Positions 15,702-23,192 of a stretch of 24,000 nucleotides of DNA are shown here, piece by piece. A model generated the notes under the pieces. It saw only the letters and a program-made list of their open reading frames with translations, ran no database searches and was not told the origin of the DNA. Origin of the DNA: Ignavibacteriales bacterium (lineage in GTDB: Bacteria > Bacteroidota > Ignavibacteria > Tepidaquicellales > Tepidaquicellaceae). The stretch is from contig JACKAC010000002.1 in NCBI GenBank assembly GCA_020635255.1, positions 94,873 through 118,872 on the forward strand, written 5' to 3'. The translations under genes were made by a program, and so were the position numbers. The first letter of the stretch is position 1, and the number at the start of each line of letters is the position of its first letter.

Positions 15702-16106
15702 TTATTTTCGGTTTTCTTTTCTGATGACGAGTTTTAATCCAGACCAGATATCATCCACAGCGCATACTTTTATATCCACAAGTCCCATCGGGAGGGCAAC
15801 TTCACGGATAACATCCTCCGTAATATCTGTCTGTATCTTAGATGCTTTCTTGGGCCATGAAACCCATATCATTCCGTCCTGCTCTATGGATCTCATATTC
15901 TTCTTCAATTCGGAGGCAAGCTCCTTACGGCTTTTAGTGAATATGTGAACAAAGTCAGCTTTGCCTGTTTTGATCTGTTTAACAGCAGGAGGAATTTCTT
16001 CCAGCAGATCCATATAATTCTTTGGCTTATTTATGAAGCGGACTTTAAAGCCTTCTTTAATACCGAGTTTTTTTACGAGCGGTGTACCGGAATATCCTGC
16101 GGGCAT
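15702..16106 (-). CDS. DUF3052-like protein
   Basis: 134 aa. 'GYSGTPLVKKLGIKEG' at the N-terminus and 'DGMIWVSWPKK...DITEDVIREVALPMGLVDIKVCAVDDIWSGLKLV' match my memory of the DUF3052 pattern. Its start overlaps the OsmC stop (TGATG at 16106). Confidence 0.6.
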   Translation of the reverse strand: MPAGYSGTPLVKKLGIKEGFKVRFINKPKNYMDLLEEIPPAVKQIKTGKADFVHIFTKSRKELASELKKNMRSIEQDGMIWVSWPKKASKIQTDITEDVIREVALPMGLVDIKVCAVDDIWSGLKLVIRKENRK

Positions 16107-16543
16107 CAGTCTTCGAATTTAGTTTCTATGTCGATCGGTGATAAAAGTGTCCTATGGACGGGACATTTCTTAGCGATATCAATTAATTTGAGCTTCTGCC
16201 CGTCGGAGAGCTGTCCTTTTGTTTTTACCGTCACATTAAATTTATAGATCTGGGCTTTTTTACCCTCTTCGCAATTCTCACAATCTTCTACATAATCTTT
16301 TCCGTGAGTAATAATGGCTTTGAACTCCTCAACATTCCAGCCTTTTCTATCGGAGTACCATTTCATAGTCATTACGGTACAGGCGGCAAGCCCGGATGCA
16401 ATGAGACCGTAGGGAGTCGGTCCTTTATCATATCCGCCGGAGGAGCCTGGTTCATCTGCAATTATTTCGTGACCGTCTACAGAGATATGAGTGGTGAATT
16501 TTTCATCCGGTCTGAGAACGGCAATTGTTTCGTTTGTGCTCAT
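16106..16543 (-). CDS. OsmC/Ohr-family protein (putative thiol peroxidase)
   Basis: 145 aa. 'GPTPYGLIASGLAACTVMT' and 'KKCPVHRTL' carry the two conserved OsmC cysteines. There is an extra C-E-N-C pair in an insertion (DYVEDCENCEEGK). Confidence 0.8.
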   Translation of the reverse strand: MSTNETIAVLRPDEKFTTHISVDGHEIIADEPGSSGGYDKGPTPYGLIASGLAACTVMTMKWYSDRKGWNVEEFKAIITHGKDYVEDCENCEEGKKAQIYKFNVTVKTKGQLSDGQKLKLIDIAKKCPVHRTLLSPIDIETKFED

Positions 16544-16552
16544 GATTTTTGA

Positions 16553-17086
16553 TCAGTTTAGTTTTTTGCTCATTATTACACTGCGGTAGTTAGTATCTTT
16601 CCATCGAACGTATTCGATAAAGCGGTAGCCTTTCTTTTTGTATATTTCGATAAGATGAGAAGCGCCCTCGGCTGTATCGAGAGCAAGCTCGGCGTCACCT
16701 TTGTTGCGGGAATGTTCCTCGATCAATTCCATCAAACGGCTTCCTATGCCCGATTTTTGAAGCGCGGGATCAACTCCAAATTGTCCAAAATATCCGACAC
16801 CATCTTTATCATACCAGTTACATCTTTCGTAACCCGATTCATGGTAATAGGATATAGTTGCTATGATCCTGCCATCTTTTAAAGCAACCAGGCAGTATGC
16901 CCTGTTAATTCTGCTCAATGTTATATCGTCTCCCTGGTGAGTAGCAACGTACCGGAATCCCATATCAGCTAACTGTTTGTAGCTTTTATTAAGAAGTTTA
17001 GTCAGCTCAGAAACCGAATCCATATTCGGATCAAATTGGCGTATCTCTATGTTATTATATTCCATTAAATTAGCACTGGCATACAT
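16553..17086 (-). CDS. GNAT family N-acetyltransferase
   Basis: 177 aa. GNAT motif A region 'GQFGVDPALQKSGIGSRLMELIEEHSRNKG...LALDTAEGASHLIEIYKKKGY'. First gene of a tightly packed four-gene minus-strand operon (9-nt gap to OsmC). Confidence 0.75.
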   Translation of the reverse strand: MYASANLMEYNNIEIRQFDPNMDSVSELTKLLNKSYKQLADMGFRYVATHQGDDITLSRINRAYCLVALKDGRIIATISYYHESGYERCNWYDKDGVGYFGQFGVDPALQKSGIGSRLMELIEEHSRNKGDAELALDTAEGASHLIEIYKKKGYRFIEYVRWKDTNYRSVIMSKKLN

Positions 17087-17207
17087 TAATATAATTTTAA
17101 TCGCTTAACATTTCAATCATATATAAATATATTCAGTTTAAGAAACTAAACAGCAGTGGAATCTGTTTGATATTACGTAGAGCACTAGAGCAAACAATAA
17201 CCCACAA

Positions 17208-17795
17208 ATGAAAATGAAACCATTAATAGTGATCGGTATCGCGGCGGTAGCCGTAGTGGCTTTTTTATTCAGAAATTCGCTTTTCTCCGGGGGCCATGAA
17301 CCGGGCAACAATGTAGTTAGTGAAAACGTCAAATTGGTCTCCGATTCATTGGATTCGGAAAATAATCAAACCCAGGGAGATAATATGTCCGACAAAGTAA
17401 ACAAAACCGAAGAAGAGTGGAAGAAAGAACTAACAGACGAAGAGTACCACGTTCTCAGAGAGAAAGGAACAGAGAGACCCTTTACGGGAAAGTATGAAGA
17501 TTTTAAAGATGTAGGTACATTTCATTGTAATGCATGCGGAAATCCTGTATTCTATTCGACTGCAAAGTTTGAATCAGGATGTGGATGGCCCAGCTTTTTT
17601 GAAGCGGTAACAGACAGCAGTATTATTCTTAGTGAGGACACTTCACATGGAATGGTAAGGACTGAAGTAACATGCGGAAGATGCGGATCACATTTAGGGC
17701 ATGTATTCGATGACGGACCTCCTCCTACTGGAAAGAGGTACTGTATAAATTCGGTATCATTGCAATTCAAAGACAAAGAAGGAAACGAGAAGTAA
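17208..17795 (+). CDS. msrB: Peptide-methionine (R)-S-oxide reductase MsrB; the start is ambiguous (17208 long form, 17385 canonical form)
   Basis: SelR core: EEEWKKELTDEEYHVLREKGTERPFTG, zinc CxxC pairs (CNAC, CGRC), GCGWPSF, and the catalytic RYCINS. The long form adds a 59-aa N-terminus with a TM/signal-anchor helix (KPLIVIGIAAVAVVAFLF). The internal ATG at 17385 is preceded by AGGGAG. Confidence 0.85.
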   Translation: MKMKPLIVIGIAAVAVVAFLFRNSLFSGGHEPGNNVVSENVKLVSDSLDSENNQTQGDNMSDKVNKTEEEWKKELTDEEYHVLREKGTERPFTGKYEDFKDVGTFHCNACGNPVFYSTAKFESGCGWPSFFEAVTDSSIILSEDTSHGMVRTEVTCGRCGSHLGHVFDDGPPPTGKRYCINSVSLQFKDKEGNEK

Positions 17796-17804
17796 AATTA
17801 GTTT

Positions 17805-17831
17805 AAAAGCCCGCACAACGCGGGCTTTTTT
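17805..17831. terminator. Bidirectional rho-independent terminator
   Basis: AAAA-GCCCGC-acaac-GCGGGC-TTTTTT (stem 17809..17814 / 17820..17825). It sits between convergent msrB (+) and the DinB gene (-), whose stop overlaps the T-run. Confidence 0.75.
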
Positions 17832-18267
17832 ATATCCGCATTTTTCCTTCTTTTCCAAGCAGTTTCCTTAACACGCCCAATTGTCCGGCGTGGTATGATT
17901 CATGAAACATAAAAAAGGCTACCTTTTTGTCTTTTTCATTATCTCCTTCGTCAAGGACCTTGTTTATTTCTTCCGTAAGCTTCTCGAAATCTTTCTTTAT
18001 TGTATCAATATCAATTGCAACATCGGTTGAGGGAAGTTGTTTATTCCCCGCGTAATATTCTTTGTATTCAGGTTGGAGGATCCTTCCACTCCCAACGTCT
18101 TCAAGCAGATCATCACGCGTATTTACAATATGTCCTGCAACCCAGTTTATAAGGTTTACCCTGTCATCAGCAGTGGTGAGACTATCTTCGTTTGAAATTT
18201 CTTCAAGATTTTTATTAAATACAAAAGCATTGTACTTCATTATTAATTTTATTTCTTCTGCTGCCAT
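17830..18267 (-). CDS. DinB-family protein
   Basis: 145 aa. 'NWVAGHIVNTR' and the C-terminal 'FFMFHESYHAGQLGVLRKLLG' are the His-bearing helices characteristic of DinB_2-type four-helix bundles. Confidence 0.75.
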   Translation of the reverse strand: MAAEEIKLIMKYNAFVFNKNLEEISNEDSLTTADDRVNLINWVAGHIVNTRDDLLEDVGSGRILQPEYKEYYAGNKQLPSTDVAIDIDTIKKDFEKLTEEINKVLDEGDNEKDKKVAFFMFHESYHAGQLGVLRKLLGKEGKMRI

Positions 18268-18343
18268 AATTTATGAATTTAGATTAAGATTAATTTTTTC
18301 CAATTTATGTTGATAAGAGTATCAAGATTAAAATAATTTTACA

Positions 18344-18997
18344 ATGTCAAACAATACCGGAGCAATAAATAGCAATATTCAAGAACATAATCCTAAGTTC
18401 TTCAGGAATAAATTCGAGAATGCATTATCTTATAGTGAATATAAAAATTTAGTACTTAGGCTGGCTGATGAGAGAGATACGACCGGTACGGAGAAAAGTG
18501 AAAGCAGGGTAAACAATACCAAGCTAAATGCCGTAAGAATGAAAAGATGGGATAATACGATCGAGATACTGCCCGGAATGGTCGAGATCACTATGGATCT
18601 AAAAAGGGATTATGCGTGGTTGGTATTAACGGAATCATGGTGCGGAGATTCTGCGCAGAACATTCCTGCAATAAACAAGATAGCAGAACTCTCTGATAAT
18701 ATAGGGTTAGGGTTTATTTTCAGGGATGAGAACCCCGAATTAATGGATTGCTGTCTGACGAGCGGGACACGATCGATACCAAAGCTTATATCTGTAGATA
18801 AGTCCAACTGGAGCTATATGGGAACGTGGGGACCCCGACCTGAGCCGGCGCAGGAGATGATGCGGGAACATAAACGAACAAAGCAGAAAGAACTCGCCGA
18901 AGTTCAGAAAGATATAGCAATATGGTACACGAAAGACAAATGTGAAACTATACAAAAAGAATTTATTGAACTAATAAACCGCTGGGAAAACAGCTAG
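18344..18997 (+). CDS. Thioredoxin-fold family protein with a single-Cys WCGDS motif
   Basis: 217 aa. 'WLVLTESWCGDSAQNIPAINKIAE...FRDENPELMD...GTRSIPKLI...WGPRP' matches the Bacteroidota-type 'thioredoxin family protein' pattern. The active site is CxxS (C-G-D-S), not CxxC. I saw no convincing terminator in the 65 nt before egtD. Confidence 0.7.
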   Translation: MSNNTGAINSNIQEHNPKFFRNKFENALSYSEYKNLVLRLADERDTTGTEKSESRVNNTKLNAVRMKRWDNTIEILPGMVEITMDLKRDYAWLVLTESWCGDSAQNIPAINKIAELSDNIGLGFIFRDENPELMDCCLTSGTRSIPKLISVDKSNWSYMGTWGPRPEPAQEMMREHKRTKQKELAEVQKDIAIWYTKDKCETIQKEFIELINRWENS

Positions 18998-19062
18998 ACG
19001 CTCTTTAGGTGTTGTAATTAGCAACAAGAACTTTATTTTAAGTTTAACTAACCTTCCTAAAA

Positions 19063-20100
19063 TTGTTACCGACGGACACAGTAATAAAAAATTCGCCGGT
19101 CTTTTCAAAAGAAATTTTGAATGACCGGTTAAACATTTACAGGTTTGAGAAAGCTCTGACTGAAAGCACATTCGCAGAGGATGTTAAGAACGGGCTTACT
19201 GCAGAGAAAAAATTTCTATATCCGAAATATTTTTATGACGATAGGGGTTCGGAGCTCTTCGATAAAATAACACAGATAGAGGATTATTATCCGACACGAA
19301 CGGAAGAGAGCATTTTGATAGAAAGGTCAGGTGATATAATTGAGTTTAGTAAGAATAAACCTGTTATGGTAGAGCTTGGTAGTGGTACGTCTACAAAGAC
19401 CCGTCACTTACTAGATGCCGAGCTCAAAACAGGACGGCAGTTGAATTATATTCCGCTCGATGTATCAGATATACTGATCCCCACATCTGAACAATTACTT
19501 AAAGATTATTCGAACTTAACAATAAACGGTATCTTATCTGAATATATTTCCGGATACAGGATAGTTAAAGATATAGATAACTCGGACAATCTAACGATAT
19601 TCCTTGGTTCGAGCATTGGTAATTTCCGAAGGTCATACATTAAGGAATTCCTGTCAAAGATCGCAAGCGAGATGAAGGATACAGATGCGCTGCTGATAGG
19701 GTTCGATCTAATTAAAGATGAAGATATATTAGTACGAGCTTATAATGACAGGGACGGCTTGACGGCGGAATTTAACCTCAATATTCTTCAAAGAATAAAT
19801 AATGAACTGGGTGGAGAATTCGACCTTTCGAAGTTTAGACATGAGTCCATTTTTAATAAAGAGAAGAGCAGGATAGAAATGCATTTATTCTCTAAGGAGA
19901 AGCAGAGTGTAATGATAAACGATCTCGGTTTGAAAATTGAGCTTGACGAAGGCGAGGGCATCCACACCGAGAACTCATATAAATTTAACGATGACCTTAT
20001 AATGGAATTTGCGGATACTGCAGGACTGGACTGGATAAAGACATGGAATGACGATAGAAAGTATTTTGCACTAACGTTATTTAATAAAAAAGGCAGCTAA
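19063..20100 (+). CDS. egtD: L-histidine N-alpha-methyltransferase EgtD (hercynine synthase)
   Basis: Close motif-by-motif match to mycobacterial EgtD as I remember it: YFYDDRGSELFDKITQIEDYYPTRTEESIL, VELGSGTSTKTRHLLDA, FLGSSIGN, LVRAYNDRDGLTAEFNLNIL, RIEMHL, TENSYKF. There is no in-frame ATG near the 5' end. TTG at 19063 or TTG at 19117 are the candidate starts, so the start is uncertain. Confidence 0.8.
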   Translation: MLPTDTVIKNSPVFSKEILNDRLNIYRFEKALTESTFAEDVKNGLTAEKKFLYPKYFYDDRGSELFDKITQIEDYYPTRTEESILIERSGDIIEFSKNKPVMVELGSGTSTKTRHLLDAELKTGRQLNYIPLDVSDILIPTSEQLLKDYSNLTINGILSEYISGYRIVKDIDNSDNLTIFLGSSIGNFRRSYIKEFLSKIASEMKDTDALLIGFDLIKDEDILVRAYNDRDGLTAEFNLNILQRINNELGGEFDLSKFRHESIFNKEKSRIEMHLFSKEKQSVMINDLGLKIELDEGEGIHTENSYKFNDDLIMEFADTAGLDWIKTWNDDRKYFALTLFNKKGS

Positions 20101-20113
20101 AAGCTGCCTTTTT
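20086..20113. terminator. Bidirectional rho-independent terminator with the egtD stop codon in its loop
   Basis: AAAAAA-GGCAGC-taaaa-GCTGCC-TTTTT. The egtD TAA (20098..20100) lies in the loop. Flanking A- and T-runs let it serve convergent egtD (+) and the T9SS cargo gene (-). Confidence 0.75.
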
Positions 20114-20134
20114 AGTATTATAAAATGTTAAAAT

Positions 20135-21634
20135 TTACTTTATTAGTAACATCTTCTTAGTTTCTGCAAAGTCACCCGTTCTCAGGGTATAGAAATATAT
20201 TCCTGAATTAAGCTCGGATGCGTCAAAGCTAAAGTCATAGCTTCCGGCGGTTAAGCTTTTGTTGACCAGTGTTTTAACTTCCTTACCAAGAATATCATAA
20301 ACTTTCAGCGTTACGAACCCGTTCAGAGGTATATCAAATGATATTGTGGTCGAGGGATTGAAGGGATTCGGATAATTTTGTTGTAGAGAATATTTTTCCG
20401 GAACAGAACTATTTTGATTTTGTAATCCTACAAGCATATCAGGATCGTAGAATGAGATCAATCTTGACTGAACACCCGGGACTACTGTACGGACAAGGTT
20501 TCCTGTAGCACTATCTACTTCATGAACACCGCTTCCATTTGTTGTAAGGAAGTTTCCATTTCCAAGTTGCCAGACGCCTCTATTTCCGGTCACGCCCTGT
20601 AACTGTTTAATAAAAGTACCTCCGGCGGAAGGGAAAATAAGGATCCCTTGCTGAGAGCCGGAAGAAAAATTAGCAATTGCAACGTTACCATTCTGCATGT
20701 TATGTACCTGCTGTGGAAATGACGAGATAGATGCAAAGGTACTCTGGAAAGTTCCGTTCAGGTCATATTTGCTCACACCGGTGGGCGTATTTATTACAGA
20801 GATCAGCATATCGGAAGTTCTGTATTCTATGAACCAACTCGAGGCTATTCCGGATGTAATGAAAGTTCCGAGATAAGCGCCGCCTGTATCGAATTGTGGA
20901 ATTGCGTTAATATTAGGTCCCGTGCCTACGGTTCCGAGGAGGTTTCCATTTGATTGGTAAGCATGACCTCTTGTATTATCAAGTATCGAGGTATTGACGC
21001 CGGTCGAAGGAGCAAATAGCCTTATAAATACCCCCGACGTATCATATTCGAAAATCCCGTCTGTAGTCTGGTCTGAAATAGTAATTGTGCCCCTGGGCGT
21101 TTGAACTGCATGCTGAGGAAGGCTCAAATTTACAGCATCAGGTGGAATAAAATCAGACTCTATTAGGTCGCCATTCTGCGGGTTGAATGCCCAAACTTTA
21201 TCATTGGTCGATTCAGGTATCAAGAGAAGATTATTACTCCCTCCCTCCAGTACAGAAGGCTGAGGGATTCCGAGTGTTGGATTTAGTACGGTACCATCAG
21301 CATAATAGACCCTGGCTTTTAAGATATCGTACCGGGTAATTATATTATCTAAATATGATACTTCAGCTCCGGCATATATGTCAGCGAGATTATTTATAAT
21401 TCCATAAACAATTTTACCGTCCTCTATTCCAAGTGCGCGAATGTATATACCTTGCTCGAGATAAATCTCTATCGGAGAATTATCCTGTAAAGCAATATTT
21501 CTGATCTGTAATTCGATTTGCGGGTCTTTTTCCATGGAAATCAAAAGGTCAGAAAAATTGCTGTGCGGTGTATTGCCTGCGAATCCTGAAGAAAAGAAGG
21601 AAAATGCCAAAAGAAGTGTGAGTAAAAATTTCAT
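20135..21634 (-). CDS. T9SS-sorted secreted protein with NHL-like beta-propeller repeats
   Basis: Signal peptide MKFLLTLLLAFSFFSSGFAG. Repeated short blades (GIFEYDTSGVFIRLF; IPQFDTGGAYLGTFI; VSKYDLNGTFQSTF; GILIFPSAGGTFIKQL; VHEVDSATGNLVRTV). The C-terminal 88 aa (20138..20401) form a T9SS sorting domain (QQNYPNPFNPSTTISF...GIYFYTL...KMLLIK). Confidence 0.8.
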   Translation of the reverse strand: MKFLLTLLLAFSFFSSGFAGNTPHSNFSDLLISMEKDPQIELQIRNIALQDNSPIEIYLEQGIYIRALGIEDGKIVYGIINNLADIYAGAEVSYLDNIITRYDILKARVYYADGTVLNPTLGIPQPSVLEGGSNNLLLIPESTNDKVWAFNPQNGDLIESDFIPPDAVNLSLPQHAVQTPRGTITISDQTTDGIFEYDTSGVFIRLFAPSTGVNTSILDNTRGHAYQSNGNLLGTVGTGPNINAIPQFDTGGAYLGTFITSGIASSWFIEYRTSDMLISVINTPTGVSKYDLNGTFQSTFASISSFPQQVHNMQNGNVAIANFSSGSQQGILIFPSAGGTFIKQLQGVTGNRGVWQLGNGNFLTTNGSGVHEVDSATGNLVRTVVPGVQSRLISFYDPDMLVGLQNQNSSVPEKYSLQQNYPNPFNPSTTISFDIPLNGFVTLKVYDILGKEVKTLVNKSLTAGSYDFSFDASELNSGIYFYTLRTGDFAETKKMLLIK

Positions 21635-21696
21635 AAGTCCCCCATTTTGTGTTTTGGGTAATTTTACCTAAAAAACAAACTATTGTAAATATAAAT

Positions 21697-21720
21697 AAAA
21701 AAGGGCAGTCAGAGCTGCCC
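21697..21720 (-). terminator. Rho-independent terminator downstream of egtB
   Basis: On the minus strand this reads GGGCAG-ctctga-CTGCCC followed by TTTTTT. It begins 9 nt after the egtB stop (21729) and lies upstream of the T9SS cargo start (21634). Confidence 0.65.
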
Positions 21721-21728
21721 CGAGTAGT

Positions 21729-23105
21729 TTATAAATCCTTTGCGCACCGGAAACCCGATATGAGCCACCTTTCGTGTGTCTTAAAGAAATTACGGTATGT
21801 ATTACGCGTCGATTGTTTTGGCGTGCCAAATGAGCCGCCTCTTAAGACCTTTTGGTTGTTGAACCATTTGTCGTTATATTCGGCAAAACCTGATTTGAAT
21901 CCGGGATATGCCATAAACTCCGATGAAGTCCACTCCCAGGCATCACCTATCATCTGGTAACATTCATAATAGCTCTTACCCTTTTCATAAGAATTTACAT
22001 CGGTCGTTCTCCATACATCCATTCCGAGGAGGCTTGTGTTTTCAAATGATGGATCGTCATCACCCCACGGGAAAAGTGTGCTTTTTCCCAGATCCTCATT
22101 GAAAGATGCAGCTTTTTCCCATTCGCCTTCGGTAGGGAGGCGCTTTCCTGCCCATTTAGCGAAGGCATCCGCTTCGAAATAGCTGATATGTGTTACAGGT
22201 TCGTTGGCAATGTCTTTTATGTATGATTTTCCGCGGAAGTCATATTTATACCATTCACCGCTGTCATCCTGCAGCCAGTACAGAGGGGCTTCCCATCCAT
22301 TGTCGTTTACAGCATACCACGCCTCAGAGAGCCAGTGACGGAATTCTTTATAGCCGCCGTCATTTATGAAATCAAGATACTGTCCATTTGTTACAGGGTA
22401 GCGGTCTATCATATAATCGTTGAGATAGATTTTGTGCAAGGGCATTTCTATATCGTATGCAAAACGGTCACCGTATCTCTCTGGGTCAAACCCCATTTCG
22501 AAAATACTTCCGGGAATTTTCACCATATCGAAATTAATCTTTCCGGATGAAGTAGGCGGTTCCTTCATAGTTTTGGGATTATAATCATCCTGTAATAGAT
22601 GCTGAACATCGTAAACTATTAACTCCTGGTGCTGGTATTCGTGATTATAGCCGAGTTCGAATTTCTTTTTAATGTCATCTGTAATTTCGACATTTTCATC
22701 CAGGAAGAAGTCGAGTACTTGCTTGTTGATGTGATTACAGTAGTTAATGGTTTCTTTAACAGTCGGGCGAGAAAGTGTACCGCGCTTTGCTTTATTAAAG
22801 AGCTTACCAAAGGTTAAGTAGTATGAATTAAAATAAAATGCGTAATCCTCTTTGTAGGGAACAAATTTATCTTTATAATACGACCGCAGGAGTTGTTCAT
22901 AAAACCACGTGGTATGACCGATATGCCATCTCGGAGGGCTCATATATGCCTCTGTTTGAACAACATAATCCTCGATCTCCAGGGGGTCCAGTATATCGAA
23001 TGTAAGATATCTGACATCGAGGAACTGGTTATAAAGTTTTACTCGTTCTTCACTAATGGCTTTATTGCCATCCACTTTGTTCGTAGTTATAATAATGTTT
23101 TCCAT
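21729..23105 (-). CDS. egtB: Ergothioneine biosynthesis sulfoxide synthase EgtB (DinB-like iron domain plus FGE-sulfatase domain)
   Basis: 458 aa. The N-terminal DinB-like domain has candidate 3-His iron ligands (PPRWHIGHTTWFYEQ; GYNHEYQHQELIVYD) and FNSYY. The C-terminal domain is FGE/SUMF1-like (RYPVTNGQYLDFI..., GKRLPTEGEWEKAA, GDAWEWTSS, LRGGSFGTP). It is too short to carry the extra methyltransferase domain of OvoA. Confidence 0.8.
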   Translation of the reverse strand: MENIIITTNKVDGNKAISEERVKLYNQFLDVRYLTFDILDPLEIEDYVVQTEAYMSPPRWHIGHTTWFYEQLLRSYYKDKFVPYKEDYAFYFNSYYLTFGKLFNKAKRGTLSRPTVKETINYCNHINKQVLDFFLDENVEITDDIKKKFELGYNHEYQHQELIVYDVQHLLQDDYNPKTMKEPPTSSGKINFDMVKIPGSIFEMGFDPERYGDRFAYDIEMPLHKIYLNDYMIDRYPVTNGQYLDFINDGGYKEFRHWLSEAWYAVNDNGWEAPLYWLQDDSGEWYKYDFRGKSYIKDIANEPVTHISYFEADAFAKWAGKRLPTEGEWEKAASFNEDLGKSTLFPWGDDDPSFENTSLLGMDVWRTTDVNSYEKGKSYYECYQMIGDAWEWTSSEFMAYPGFKSGFAEYNDKWFNNQKVLRGGSFGTPKQSTRNTYRNFFKTHERWLISGFRCAKDL

Positions 23106-23114
23106 TTTATTCTT

Positions 23115-23145
23115 TTAATTTCCTTAATTAAGCCTTAATTTAGCC
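23115..23145. repeat. About 2.8 tandem copies of an 11-bp unit (TTAATT[A/T]AGCC) in the egtB / ABC-transporter divergent intergenic region
   Basis: TTAATTT--CC (23115..23123, degenerate), TTAATTAAGCC (23124..23134) and TTAATTTAGCC (23135..23145). The 11-bp period is about one helical turn. The array lies 10-40 nt upstream of the egtB ATG (23105). Confidence 0.4.
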
Positions 23146-23192
23146 TGAATAGAAATATATTGCATATTCGCTAAAATATAAACTCACTTCAC

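Noticed and set aside
17148-17168. AAACAG-N9-CTGTTT inverted repeat in the divergent region between the GNAT-OsmC operon and msrB; possible operator
   Set aside because: A 6-bp inverted repeat in 121 bp is expected by chance. I recognise no matching regulator or known box (e.g. OxyR, PerR or OhrR consensus).
21729-23105. Alternative call as OvoA (ovothiol synthase) instead of EgtB
   Set aside because: OvoA carries an additional C-terminal SAM methyltransferase domain and is much longer. This protein ends right after the FGE-sulfatase domain. In addition, a histidine-betaine methyltransferase (EgtD) is encoded nearby.
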